Shown piece after piece: positions 53,409-63,632 of a DNA stretch of 64,000 nucleotides. Numbering within the stretch: position 1 is the first letter of the stretch; every line of letters begins with the position of its first letter. The translations under genes and the position numbers were made by a program. Source of the DNA: a virus (Duplodnaviria; Caudoviricetes); the IMG/VR virus record IMGVR_UViG_3300029288_003518, positions 1 to 64,000 of that record; one strand, written 5' to 3'. The notes beneath the pieces are model-generated. The model did no database searches and had not been told where the DNA came from. It saw nothing but the letters and a program-made list of their open reading frames with translations.

Positions 53409-55745
53409 TTAGTAACCCAACTTCACGGTATACGACCTAAGAGTCGCCGTAGACGTAGGTGAAGAGTTATCTTCCCGAGTGAAAACCGCCTTAAGATATA
53501 TTTTATTTGTTGCTGTAGTTATAAACTTATATGAGAGAACATACGTCTCCGCACCGTGAGCGCACAACATATCATCATTAGAATTCGACCACCTTGAGGT
53601 CTGCGGTCTATAGTTTACTATTATCTCCTTGTTACCATCACCATCATAATCAACTATAGCATATTTAAGATGGTCCGTAATCAGAGTGTTATACTTCAAT
53701 TCAAACCAGCTAGTCTCTTGAAGTTTCTCGGCATAGGCAAATTGAGCATACACAAGTTGGTATAAATATTTGTTCCCATTCACGGAATAGAATCTATCAT
53801 TGGCTGACTCGGGCTCTGCGGTTGTAGTAATCTTATGCCAACCGGCTGTCAACCTTACTCTGTCCATAGAAGATATATCCAAATCAATCCCATTGGTAGT
53901 AACAATAGTATACTGTCCAGCATCAAGTTCTGCCTGGTTGAACCTAACATGGTTTATATCTATTCCATCCGAATTTAATATATAAACCTGGGTAGTATAT
54001 ACCGTTGGTTCCGAAATTTCATTATCATACTGATAGTCTATATATACAGTATTAGATGGAGCCAGGGGATCGGAGGATATATTTCCACCAGTTTGCCTAG
54101 TAATAACCTTTGTAGAATAATTTACAGTATAGTCTCCCGGTGTAGTAGCCCAGTAGCTAGGGTTCTGCCCGGCATCACTCTTCACCCTGACTGATCCCCT
54201 TATTAGGCCTTCACCGTCAACTGGAGTGAAATTTGGATAAGTAAGGGTAATAGTAGAGCTATTCCCAAAAACATACTTCTCGTCATAAATAGCCCTTCTC
54301 TGTACGGTATATGTCGGTGTTACCTGCCAGTTATCTTTTCCTCGGTAGAGGGTAACAGTGTTCTTAACCGGCTCATATGGAAACTGGTATATCTTATAGA
54401 AGTTTATCCCATAATAGTTTTCCAGTGGGGTACCATAAGTTACAGAATCCCACTCTATCTCCGGTACATTATTAAAGAATGCTATATGCTTAAAATCAAC
54501 AACCTGTTGTTCAGTTGGCGCAGGATCATTAACGGGACTTATTACTGCCCAATTATATAAAGTTGGGTCATCCGTGGATGGATCACCTAAAGATAGATAA
54601 TAATTTATTTTATTACCCAGCTGAACATCTTGATCAACAACCAGAGATGCCTTATCAATGGTAAGTGATTCTCCCCCAGGGTCAGATATAGTATAGGCTG
54701 TAGAATATAAAACAGAGGAAGTGTCATATCCCATTTTAAATATCTCGATATGTTTAAAACCTATTACATACCTATATGCTGGGTTCCCATCCAGAGTAGT
54801 CTGCTCATCTTCTATCAGCTTTTGTACTGAGAATTTAAGATATCTCACCCTTGTCTCATCAAAGTTCCATACAGCTATCTTTCCGTTGGAAACTTCCTTG
54901 GCCTGGACTCCATAACCCAAAGGAAGGGTAACAAAGTTTATATTATCTAGAGAATATAGTGGTGTTACATACATAACCTTAGAGGACTGTCCTTTTATCT
55001 CAATTCTGGTAATATATAATCCATCGGGGTCATTGGGAGAAATATCAATAATAAAAGAAACTACAAGCTCACCTGGCGTATTAGTAATTATTTCCTGGGT
55101 CCATGAAACACTAACATCAGAAAAAGCATAGCCAAATTTACTTTGAGGGAATAAGGTATTTGATAGTATACTAGCAGTATATTTCGCTTCTGCTAGTATG
55201 GGCCAATTAACTTTGTCAAAATAATGAGACATATCTATCTTGGCAATACCACTCTGGCTCTCTCTTAACGTAACTATCCCAGCATCGGTGTTAATCTCAC
55301 AGCTCGTATGCTCAATATCTATTTTTGATCTATCTATAAAGCTATCATGTACAGAGTATACATATCCCTCGGTATCCGAAGCCGTAAGAACAAGGTCTGT
55401 TAGTTGATCTTCAAGGCTGCTAATTTTGTGTAACAGTTTACGCCTCTCTGTATCGTAATAATCAAAATCTTTTAGCACCACAGTAAACTGATCAACCAGT
55501 TCTTCGTAGAGATTATTGAGATCATCATATAACTGTGAGAGATTATCATTATAGACATCTACGTCAAAAACCTTCCTGTATGATAATTTATTGTTTCTGA
55601 AGAATGGGTATCCCACACTATGAGTAGCGTAGAATTCTCCTAATTTAGAAGTAACATACTCAACCGTGGGTATAAAACCATCTTTCATGCCATCCTCTAC
55701 AATAGTATTAAGGGCTTTTGTAACCTGACGCGAAGATATACTCAT
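53409..55745 (-). CDS. large putative virion structural protein
   Basis: Beta-rich and acidic; shared N-terminal module. Confidence 0.7.
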   Translation of the reverse strand: MSISSRQVTKALNTIVEDGMKDGFIPTVEYVTSKLGEFYATHSVGYPFFRNNKLSYRKVFDVDVYNDNLSQLYDDLNNLYEELVDQFTVVLKDFDYYDTERRKLLHKISSLEDQLTDLVLTASDTEGYVYSVHDSFIDRSKIDIEHTSCEINTDAGIVTLRESQSGIAKIDMSHYFDKVNWPILAEAKYTASILSNTLFPQSKFGYAFSDVSVSWTQEIITNTPGELVVSFIIDISPNDPDGLYITRIEIKGQSSKVMYVTPLYSLDNINFVTLPLGYGVQAKEVSNGKIAVWNFDETRVRYLKFSVQKLIEDEQTTLDGNPAYRYVIGFKHIEIFKMGYDTSSVLYSTAYTISDPGGESLTIDKASLVVDQDVQLGNKINYYLSLGDPSTDDPTLYNWAVISPVNDPAPTEQQVVDFKHIAFFNNVPEIEWDSVTYGTPLENYYGINFYKIYQFPYEPVKNTVTLYRGKDNWQVTPTYTVQRRAIYDEKYVFGNSSTITLTYPNFTPVDGEGLIRGSVRVKSDAGQNPSYWATTPGDYTVNYSTKVITRQTGGNISSDPLAPSNTVYIDYQYDNEISEPTVYTTQVYILNSDGIDINHVRFNQAELDAGQYTIVTTNGIDLDISSMDRVRLTAGWHKITTTAEPESANDRFYSVNGNKYLYQLVYAQFAYAEKLQETSWFELKYNTLITDHLKYAIVDYDGDGNKEIIVNYRPQTSRWSNSNDDMLCAHGAETYVLSYKFITTATNKIYLKAVFTREDNSSPTSTATLRSYTVKLGY

Positions 55746-55746
55746 T

Positions 55747-57996
55747 TTACAATCCTCCTAAGGGGTAGATCTGAAGAGCGTACTTGGCTAGAACTGGAGT
55801 ATAGCTCTCAGCATCAGAAATATCTGTAGGTCTAGACAGGGCAGCCTTAAACCTAATTGAATATACCGCGTCTCCTACGTCAATATAGGCCAGTGGATTC
55901 TTCCTCTCCGCACTTGGAACATCAGAATTAACATTGATTATTTCTGGTACAGAATTTGTTCCATCCTCAGATACAGTCGTTCTATGACTAGTGGGCGAGA
56001 TCCGGTTCCACGATGTCCCATTATCTATAGATATATAATATTTTATCCAATCATTCTCAGTATTTATTCTCGATGGATCTTCATAGAAGACCTTGGGAAT
56101 AGTCTCATCCACCTGAAGGGCTACCTTAGAAATTGGTTTAGGACTAAGGAATGGTTTGGATACAATTTCACTCGCTTCTGAAAATTTATAAGAATATATA
56201 TTGATATCTCTAATCCCTATAGCAAACCTAGATCTATCATTCTTAATTGCTGTCCAGCTCCTGGATATTCTGGCCGGGCTAACAGATGTCTCGGTCTTTT
56301 TAGTAGAGGAGAAGAATGACAACCCCAAAGCAACGAGAAATAGAGCTCCACCGGTAGCAATATTTAATGGGCTAACAAGTGCTGCCCCAAGAGCTGCGGT
56401 ACCAGCTGCCGCTGTCCACCCAGCTGCAGTTAAGAGGTTATTGCTGGTTTCTCCAGTAGTTACACTCCCAGGCTCGAGAGACATTGCATCAAAACCAAGA
56501 AGATGGCCTGTAAGGTATGGCATTTCTACTGTCTTCCTTACAGTGTAACTATCAGTAGAAGTTTTCTTGCTCAATCCCCAAAACTTAGTTGTAGTAGTAT
56601 TAGTAGTGACTGTTTGTTCTATCTCCACCATCAGAACTTCATAATCCTTCAGATAGGATCTGGTCTGCCTAAGATCAAATTTAATAACCCTGGTTGTCCT
56701 GGGCGCGAAACACCATACCCCCTGGCCTCCATACTTAAACTGATCGGGCGATAGGGTGTCTTTTATCTCAGATGAATTAAGTTCGCTATTGGCCTGGCTA
56801 GTTAAGGTAGTCTCATATTCGTGGTCATCGAATCCGTCTAATTCTGAGAAAACCTTTCCATCAGCAGAAGTTTGTATAGATAGAACTTCCAGATATAGAT
56901 CCTGTCCGAAATTGTTTGGATTAAGACTAATCCAGTTTATACTTTCATTTTGCGCCAGATGGACAATAAAACTACACCCAAGATATGTTGACGATGAAGT
57001 CTCTGTAACCGGAATATAATTTTCAATTAAACTCCCGCGCTGATCGGTTGTTACAGTCCCCCCTGTAGTGCTAACATTAACAGAATTAACCTCATTAGCA
57101 ACTAACTCATTGAACTCAGCCACACTAATCTGCTTACCGGTATATTTATCCTTATATCCAACTATTGGATTGGTATTTAGCTCTACCTCCCAGAATGTAT
57201 CCGCATTATTATCAAACATGGAAAGTCTTTTAGGCATATTCTCTTCTTCACTCGCACCATGTTCATATAGTCTTGTTCCATCAGAGGAATAGGTAACATG
57301 CCAAGTTCCTCCCTCCGGCCTGGGTTCATTCTTTATACCAAAATAAAGTCCCTCATAACCCCCATACTCCCCTGTCGGATCCCACTCTGGGATAGATTCC
57401 TTAATACCCGTTACTGTCGTTACTAGACTACTCCTATCTATATTGCCAGTCCTCTTGAGAGTTATGACCCCTTGGCTCGAAACCAATTCAGCGGAATCAA
57501 CTCCCGGAGTTATCTTACTAAAATCTATCTTAGAATTATCTACAAAATCATCGACTGCATAGATTGATTGAGTCTTAGACCCAGAAGAATAGAACGAATA
57601 ATCTACAGTATCTGAAGAAAGCTTGATAACTTTGTTAAGCAGCATCTGCCTATCCATCTCGCTATAGTTAAAATCTTTCACTAATACAGATGATAACGAA
57701 TCTGTCTCTGTATATGCCACGTGAATATCGTTTACAAGCTCTGTCATTGTATCATTATACCCAGATGACCTGGCTGGTGATTCTTTCTTAATCAACCTTT
57801 TCTTAAGTGTTGGTTTCCCGAGGTTGGAAAAGAAATCCTTAAAAGCCTTAAATAGGGCAGAGAATAGAGAATTCTCTGTTTGCATATCCTTGGAGGTATC
57901 AACATCCTTTCTCTTCTGCTCTATAATAGCCAGAAGATTATTGGCTTTCTCTATATTCATCTTGGTATCATTTAATCTTAAATATTCATTTGACAT
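55747..57996 (-). CDS. large putative virion protein with an internal hydrophobic Ala/Gly segment
   Basis: Shared N-terminal module; MFDNNADTFWE; AAGWTAAAGTAALGAALV...LFLVALGL. Confidence 0.7.
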   Translation of the reverse strand: MSNEYLRLNDTKMNIEKANNLLAIIEQKRKDVDTSKDMQTENSLFSALFKAFKDFFSNLGKPTLKKRLIKKESPARSSGYNDTMTELVNDIHVAYTETDSLSSVLVKDFNYSEMDRQMLLNKVIKLSSDTVDYSFYSSGSKTQSIYAVDDFVDNSKIDFSKITPGVDSAELVSSQGVITLKRTGNIDRSSLVTTVTGIKESIPEWDPTGEYGGYEGLYFGIKNEPRPEGGTWHVTYSSDGTRLYEHGASEEENMPKRLSMFDNNADTFWEVELNTNPIVGYKDKYTGKQISVAEFNELVANEVNSVNVSTTGGTVTTDQRGSLIENYIPVTETSSSTYLGCSFIVHLAQNESINWISLNPNNFGQDLYLEVLSIQTSADGKVFSELDGFDDHEYETTLTSQANSELNSSEIKDTLSPDQFKYGGQGVWCFAPRTTRVIKFDLRQTRSYLKDYEVLMVEIEQTVTTNTTTTKFWGLSKKTSTDSYTVRKTVEMPYLTGHLLGFDAMSLEPGSVTTGETSNNLLTAAGWTAAAGTAALGAALVSPLNIATGGALFLVALGLSFFSSTKKTETSVSPARISRSWTAIKNDRSRFAIGIRDINIYSYKFSEASEIVSKPFLSPKPISKVALQVDETIPKVFYEDPSRINTENDWIKYYISIDNGTSWNRISPTSHRTTVSEDGTNSVPEIINVNSDVPSAERKNPLAYIDVGDAVYSIRFKAALSRPTDISDAESYTPVLAKYALQIYPLGGL

Positions 57997-60306
57997 TTAT
58001 ATTGTCCTCAGCTTTAGAGTAAAGTCATTCAGGATGGGGGTAACAGATACATTCCCTCTATTATTATTTCTAAGAAGGGACCTAAATTGTATAAAATCAT
58101 TTAAGTATTGATATTTTGCCTTTACCTCTTTACTCGCCAGTGGAGTATTGAAGTACAAAGATTTTCCGCTATGTATATACTCATAATATGGATAGGTTAC
58201 CTCATCATATGCGGTTAATGCAGGCCTAACATTAGAATAATAATCAGTTTGATTAATTGAATCAAAACCATCCACAGTAACTTTTAAAACATCATAATAT
58301 TCTCCAGCTGCTATCCCATGAGATGTACCGGCGGTTATATTCAACCACCTACCATCTTCTTCCGCAAAATCAGGAGATGATTTTCCGGCCTTAGTAGTAT
58401 CATTAATAATAGAATAATCTATGTATGGAAAATGCTCTAATTCTACCTTGTACTGTCTGGATCCTACTCCGGAATATTGTTCAGTAGAATCAAGCAAGAC
58501 ATCACTAGAGAAATTAACAATTACCCCACTCGGGATAACATCTGTAGTCCCTATTGGCAAATATGTTACAGTATAAGCCGATGTTGCCATATACCATCCG
58601 GAAGATACTACGATAGACCCATCCGTAGGGTCAAATACATAATCTGAAGACGGGATTATATTATCATTTCTATATAGGCTATCTACATACCCGCTACAGG
58701 GAAATCTTATATGGCCAGTTTGGGTATTGGAATCCACATCCAGTCTTTCTTTATATATATATCCCCCCGATGGGAGGATATTCTTCCATTCACCAGACCT
58801 TGTAGCTACCTGATATTCTATACTCGTACCAGATGGGACAACTTCGGATACATCCAGCCGGGCCTCTAATACCGCCCCATTAGGAGTGTACATCGGGCTA
58901 ATATATTCCCCACTCTCCATATACCATATCTTCCTGATATCTATATTATATGCCCCATATGCATACTCATATTTTCTAACCTCCACTAGTTCATCCGTTG
59001 CGTCTGACTTCTTTCCATATAGATCAAGTTTTAGTGGATCAACAACATTGGATGACCCAGTCTTGGTCATCTCAGCTGTTGCAGCATCGAAATAAGTCTC
59101 AGATAGGGATTGTGTTTGGTCGTAGTTATCCATTTTACCGATAGCTTTTACCCTATCTTCATAACTCTGGGTAGCATCAACATAAGCTTTCCATCCAGTA
59201 ATATAGTCAATCATATCTTGGGTGGCCTGTATCGGGGCAGTAGTTTCCGTAGTAATAGAGTATTCTCTATCAACAATTTGCTGCCATAGCTGCGCATTAT
59301 TAATTATTCTCTTTGGTATCTTATAGGTATTAATACTGGGATTTCTTTGGTTAATTACTATCTTTATTTGTTTAATTATAACTTCACTAAAATTAAACTC
59401 CATAATAGAGGTAGATTCTGTGGGGGCAACATTTAAATCTATCCAGGGCCCACCTACGGTCTGGCTATAGAATATCTTCATAATACTCAGAGGATAATTG
59501 GTGAACGGGTTATACCTTATGTTGTTTATTAAGTCGGGCCTAAAGAGTGTTATTACTATTTCACATATTGCACCAAACTGACTTTCTCCTGCATACGTCT
59601 GTCTTATCGGTTCATCAGTAAGGATAACCTCTCCCCAGAATGTTTCAGAATCACCATCTATAGCTAATTCTTTCCTATGGGATTCATCCTCTATTGTTCC
59701 CTTTATCCCACCACCGTAATGATATATATCTATATCCGCCATCGCCAGACCGCTTATACTAAGAGCAGAATGATCTAACCCTATTGGAAGCTTAACAGCA
59801 TTAGTCTCAGAATCTATCTGGGCAGCAAATATCCTGTCAGTAGATAGGTTATCCGATTTATAGAATGAGTTAAACTTTACGTCGGTTATCCCACTCTTGT
59901 TCTCTTTTATAACCTTATGAACTACTATATCGTTTTCTATCTTAGATAAGGCAACCTTAATATCCCTAAGTACAGAATCATTCAATAACCTATGAACCTT
60001 GAGGGTTTTATTAATATTATTATTCTGTTTAAAAAGCGCCCCCAGATCAACATAGGCCTCATCCATGGTATTATTATAGTCCTTAGAAACTATTTTACCA
60101 TATTTAGTAGCCTTCCTTAACTGGATCAGCGGATTACCAAGCGGTTTCTCTAACTGGGCAATCAAAGTCTGAAGCTGAGTCTTTAGATCTGCATCATCGG
60201 GAGTTTGATCAGTAGAATCATACCGGCTCTTAAGGACAGCCAGCAGCCTATCCTGTTGGGTCTTAGGTATTAGATTATAATAAGATTCAAGATAACTTTG
60301 CCTCAT
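57997..60306 (-). CDS. large putative virion structural protein
   Basis: Shared N-terminal module; AIDGDSETFW. Confidence 0.7.
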   Translation of the reverse strand: MRQSYLESYYNLIPKTQQDRLLAVLKSRYDSTDQTPDDADLKTQLQTLIAQLEKPLGNPLIQLRKATKYGKIVSKDYNNTMDEAYVDLGALFKQNNNINKTLKVHRLLNDSVLRDIKVALSKIENDIVVHKVIKENKSGITDVKFNSFYKSDNLSTDRIFAAQIDSETNAVKLPIGLDHSALSISGLAMADIDIYHYGGGIKGTIEDESHRKELAIDGDSETFWGEVILTDEPIRQTYAGESQFGAICEIVITLFRPDLINNIRYNPFTNYPLSIMKIFYSQTVGGPWIDLNVAPTESTSIMEFNFSEVIIKQIKIVINQRNPSINTYKIPKRIINNAQLWQQIVDREYSITTETTAPIQATQDMIDYITGWKAYVDATQSYEDRVKAIGKMDNYDQTQSLSETYFDAATAEMTKTGSSNVVDPLKLDLYGKKSDATDELVEVRKYEYAYGAYNIDIRKIWYMESGEYISPMYTPNGAVLEARLDVSEVVPSGTSIEYQVATRSGEWKNILPSGGYIYKERLDVDSNTQTGHIRFPCSGYVDSLYRNDNIIPSSDYVFDPTDGSIVVSSGWYMATSAYTVTYLPIGTTDVIPSGVIVNFSSDVLLDSTEQYSGVGSRQYKVELEHFPYIDYSIINDTTKAGKSSPDFAEEDGRWLNITAGTSHGIAAGEYYDVLKVTVDGFDSINQTDYYSNVRPALTAYDEVTYPYYEYIHSGKSLYFNTPLASKEVKAKYQYLNDFIQFRSLLRNNNRGNVSVTPILNDFTLKLRTI

Positions 60307-60323
60307 CTATGATCCTCGCATTT

Positions 60324-62384
60324 TTAAACATACTCTATGATTGGGAAAGATCCTAAAGCCATATGTTTCGTAACTTTTTGTTTAACCTCGTCCTCACCAA
60401 ATGATCCACCATTTGACTTAAGTACTCTCTTGGGAACCCTAACCACAAGCACTCCGTTAGAGGGGACAGCTTGACCATCGAAATATCCTATATCCCAGAA
60501 GAACTCCGATTCTGGTTGTATTAGCTTAACTTTTTCTATTTCCTGAATTCCTATTTTACTCAATCCCCCTCCCCTAGTCCTAACATCCGTAACATCCAGA
60601 TCGCTGACCTTACAATGGGGGCCCAGAGATACTGACCCTAACCTAAAATCAAATACTCCAGAAGGAACACCCGTGAAGTTATGGTACAACACTTCATTAC
60701 TTATAACGGTAGGTTCTCCATATCCGCCCGGACCATCATCGATAATCGAATAAGGCCTTATGAATATATGTGCTATACTACCCGAAGCATAAAGATCATA
60801 ATTGTGAGAAGGGGTAGGATTTAGATCTAAATCGAAATAAGGATATGGAGGAGTTGTTGGATATATCCCCCCACTTCCAACAAACCCGGTATAATCACAG
60901 AACTCTTCCTCATACATATACGTAGATATTATGTCGTCCTTATGAGTTAATAATTGGGCTAATTTTACGGTGCCATTATATATGTCCCAATCAAGAACTC
61001 CTGTCGGGGGAACCATAACATCGTTTACAAACACCGCAAGGTATCCGGTAGGAGCAAACCCCGGGTCAATAGTATTATTCAACACGGAACTTGGGTCTAT
61101 AAATAGTGGAGTTCTCTGTAACTGTATAGTCTGTTGGTCTAGGAGCTCTACTCTTTCATTAGCTGATTGTTTATATGGAGGACCCCAAGTTAAATCCCAC
61201 ATCTGGTACGCATATTCAGGTATGGCATACTCAAAAAGTATACTGCCTGAGTATCCAGAAGGGACAACTTCTCCCACGGAATTCATTCTCCTTCTGAATC
61301 TACCATTTCTAACCCTGACATACCAATCATCAGTAGATATTACATGTTCTGGCTTCTTAAGATATATAGCGCTATAAGAATTCGGCATTAAATAATAGAA
61401 TGATCTCTTTGCCGTGAAGTATGCTTCATCACCTGTTTTGAAATAACCGTCCCCATTAACCTCTAAAACCATACCATATATTCCGGTTATTGTTATTCCT
61501 CTCGTAAAATTGTGTGGAGACACGCTCCATGAATCGGTCGTGGCACTTTGAAGATATGTATCTGTATTAGCACCATACCTGTCTGAGCTTCTTTTTACAG
61601 TGAATGTACTTGGGCCAGTTGCCTTAAGTGTGTATTTTACTATTACTCCTGGAGCATATTCAGCAACATTATTTGTTACATCGGTCCTTATTATAACCGG
61701 TCCGTTTTCAAGAGACGTACCTATGCTGTTAACTAATGGAGTAAGTGTTGGAACGGGGGGAACTATTGCGGAATACATCCCATTGCTATCTGGACCCCAT
61801 AATGAATATTCGTAACAACTAGTAAAAGGGTTACCTAGTTTCAATAGTGGTTCAGCATTAAGGTTCTCAGTCCATCCAGGGTTAACCTGTGTACCGTCAA
61901 CCAGACACCTATTATATTTAACTTTATATTGAGTATATGTATTATTGTAGAAATCCGTTAATACATCAACTCTATAAACATTGGCCGCTATTCTTTCTAT
62001 GGTTACTGTATAATTAACATCCTTCAGGATATTCCCATTCTGGTCGGTGATATATACCTGCTTACCAGGATTCTCTCCATAAGTAAAATGGTAGAATCTA
62101 CAGCGATGCCTATAGAATAATGGAGTTTCGGTAATATCATTTGTACTAGTAGTAGTGACATTGGTTATAAGGAAATCGGTTACGGTTAGGGCTGGCATAT
62201 GTCCGCCATTATCCACATATGAATGTATAATGCTCCTATCTGAACTGGCAACATTTTCTTCCCATTTATGGGAAAAATCCATCAATGATATATTCTTCTC
62301 CGGGTCAATATCGGGGATATCAACAACCGCAAGACCAAAACCAGATGGATCTACATATTTTCCTACTCTAAAGGTTAATGACAT
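60324..62384 (-). CDS. large putative virion (baseplate-like) protein
   Basis: Beta-rich; C-terminal DVRTRGGG...WDIG..DG motif; structural context. Confidence 0.65.
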   Translation of the reverse strand: MSLTFRVGKYVDPSGFGLAVVDIPDIDPEKNISLMDFSHKWEENVASSDRSIIHSYVDNGGHMPALTVTDFLITNVTTTSTNDITETPLFYRHRCRFYHFTYGENPGKQVYITDQNGNILKDVNYTVTIERIAANVYRVDVLTDFYNNTYTQYKVKYNRCLVDGTQVNPGWTENLNAEPLLKLGNPFTSCYEYSLWGPDSNGMYSAIVPPVPTLTPLVNSIGTSLENGPVIIRTDVTNNVAEYAPGVIVKYTLKATGPSTFTVKRSSDRYGANTDTYLQSATTDSWSVSPHNFTRGITITGIYGMVLEVNGDGYFKTGDEAYFTAKRSFYYLMPNSYSAIYLKKPEHVISTDDWYVRVRNGRFRRRMNSVGEVVPSGYSGSILFEYAIPEYAYQMWDLTWGPPYKQSANERVELLDQQTIQLQRTPLFIDPSSVLNNTIDPGFAPTGYLAVFVNDVMVPPTGVLDWDIYNGTVKLAQLLTHKDDIISTYMYEEEFCDYTGFVGSGGIYPTTPPYPYFDLDLNPTPSHNYDLYASGSIAHIFIRPYSIIDDGPGGYGEPTVISNEVLYHNFTGVPSGVFDFRLGSVSLGPHCKVSDLDVTDVRTRGGGLSKIGIQEIEKVKLIQPESEFFWDIGYFDGQAVPSNGVLVVRVPKRVLKSNGGSFGEDEVKQKVTKHMALGSFPIIEYV

Positions 62385-62397
62385 CTGTTATCTCCAT

Positions 62398-62715
62398 TTA
62401 CGGGGCATAATATGCATAACCACTATTATTTAATTTCAGGCTGCTTCCGTGAGCCACATTATTGTCTACCTTAGTCATATCTAAACTACTGTTCGTAATC
62501 TTGATGGCGGGTATACTATAATCTACTATTTTGTCTCCAGTTATAGTATTAGCAATTATCTGGGAGACAGAAATATAACCATCCAATAAACTAAATGGAA
62601 TTTGTACTCCGTATGTCCCATTGTGGGTATGAGCATTAATGGCATCTTTAAAAGCATTCATTTTAGCTGACGCCAATCTCTCATAAACCGCGAAGGGTAC
62701 TGTATAAATCGACAT
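62398..62715 (-). CDS. putative small virion protein
   Basis: HTHNG motif and ITGDKI repeats typical of fibre or baseplate proteins. Confidence 0.65.
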   Translation of the reverse strand: MSIYTVPFAVYERLASAKMNAFKDAINAHTHNGTYGVQIPFSLLDGYISVSQIIANTITGDKIVDYSIPAIKITNSSLDMTKVDNNVAHGSSLKLNNSGYAYYAP

Positions 62716-62726
62716 ATTAATTCCTC

Positions 62727-63632
62727 CTAAGTTAAGTAATCTAGTGTATCCAAAAGAGAGAGATCTAAGGTAAATGGGTCTGCGCTCATATAGAACTGTG
62801 CAGCCCTTACCGTATCATTTATACCAGAAGCATCAAGATAATAGGCTTTTATTTGAGAAATACCAGCTTTCCTATCATTCGTAATATAACGAATGTGTGC
62901 TTCGCCTCTCGTACTGGTTGTTTCCACTATCTCGATTGCCTGTCCGCTAGCGTCCAGAGTTAATATTGTACCATCATGCGGACTTATATATCCCAGTTCT
63001 GACCAATATCCAATTGCTCCTAACGCTGACTCCAAACTCTCTATTTGGAATACCACACTTTTGTCGGGAACCCTATCAAAATCAGAATCATAAAGGGTAG
63101 CTGTCACCTGATATCCTTGATATCCATCTGCTCTAACTGAATTCTGAGACGCCGAGAGATACATTGATGCGGGTTCGGTAGTCTGGGAGAAACGTACAAA
63201 CCCACCAGCAACCTCTGCTCTTATGGGGTTATAATCTATACTATCCATGGTATAGTACCCACTAGGCCCAGACTCGTACTCTATAAAAACATTCTCCGGG
63301 AGTACTCCGTTGAATACTAATTTCCCACTAGAATCAGGATGTAAAGCAAATTCTCGAGCAGTACGATCATACTGACCATTATCAAGTAAATGAAAGAAAC
63401 CAAAACCAACTTTATTATATTTACCTAATCCACTGGTCTGACCCCATGGCTGGGTTGGTGTAGTGGTTTCATATCCAGATGCTGTAACAATAACCGGAGC
63501 ATTCTGCTTAACAGCATTAAGTAGAGTATAAAAAGACACTCCGCTGGGAGCCATTTCCCACGCCTTCTGGGAGTATAGATAATATTCATTATATTTAAAA
63601 CCTGAAGGATCTACAAGATTAAGGGTTGTCAT
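62727..63632 (-). CDS. putative virion protein with Ig-like (Big_1-type) segment, rich in SG motifs
   Basis: ADG...VTATLYD...VPDKSVVF...TSTRGEA pattern. Confidence 0.65.
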   Translation of the reverse strand: MTTLNLVDPSGFKYNEYYLYSQKAWEMAPSGVSFYTLLNAVKQNAPVIVTASGYETTTPTQPWGQTSGLGKYNKVGFGFFHLLDNGQYDRTAREFALHPDSSGKLVFNGVLPENVFIEYESGPSGYYTMDSIDYNPIRAEVAGGFVRFSQTTEPASMYLSASQNSVRADGYQGYQVTATLYDSDFDRVPDKSVVFQIESLESALGAIGYWSELGYISPHDGTILTLDASGQAIEIVETTSTRGEAHIRYITNDRKAGISQIKAYYLDASGINDTVRAAQFYMSADPFTLDLSLLDTLDYLT

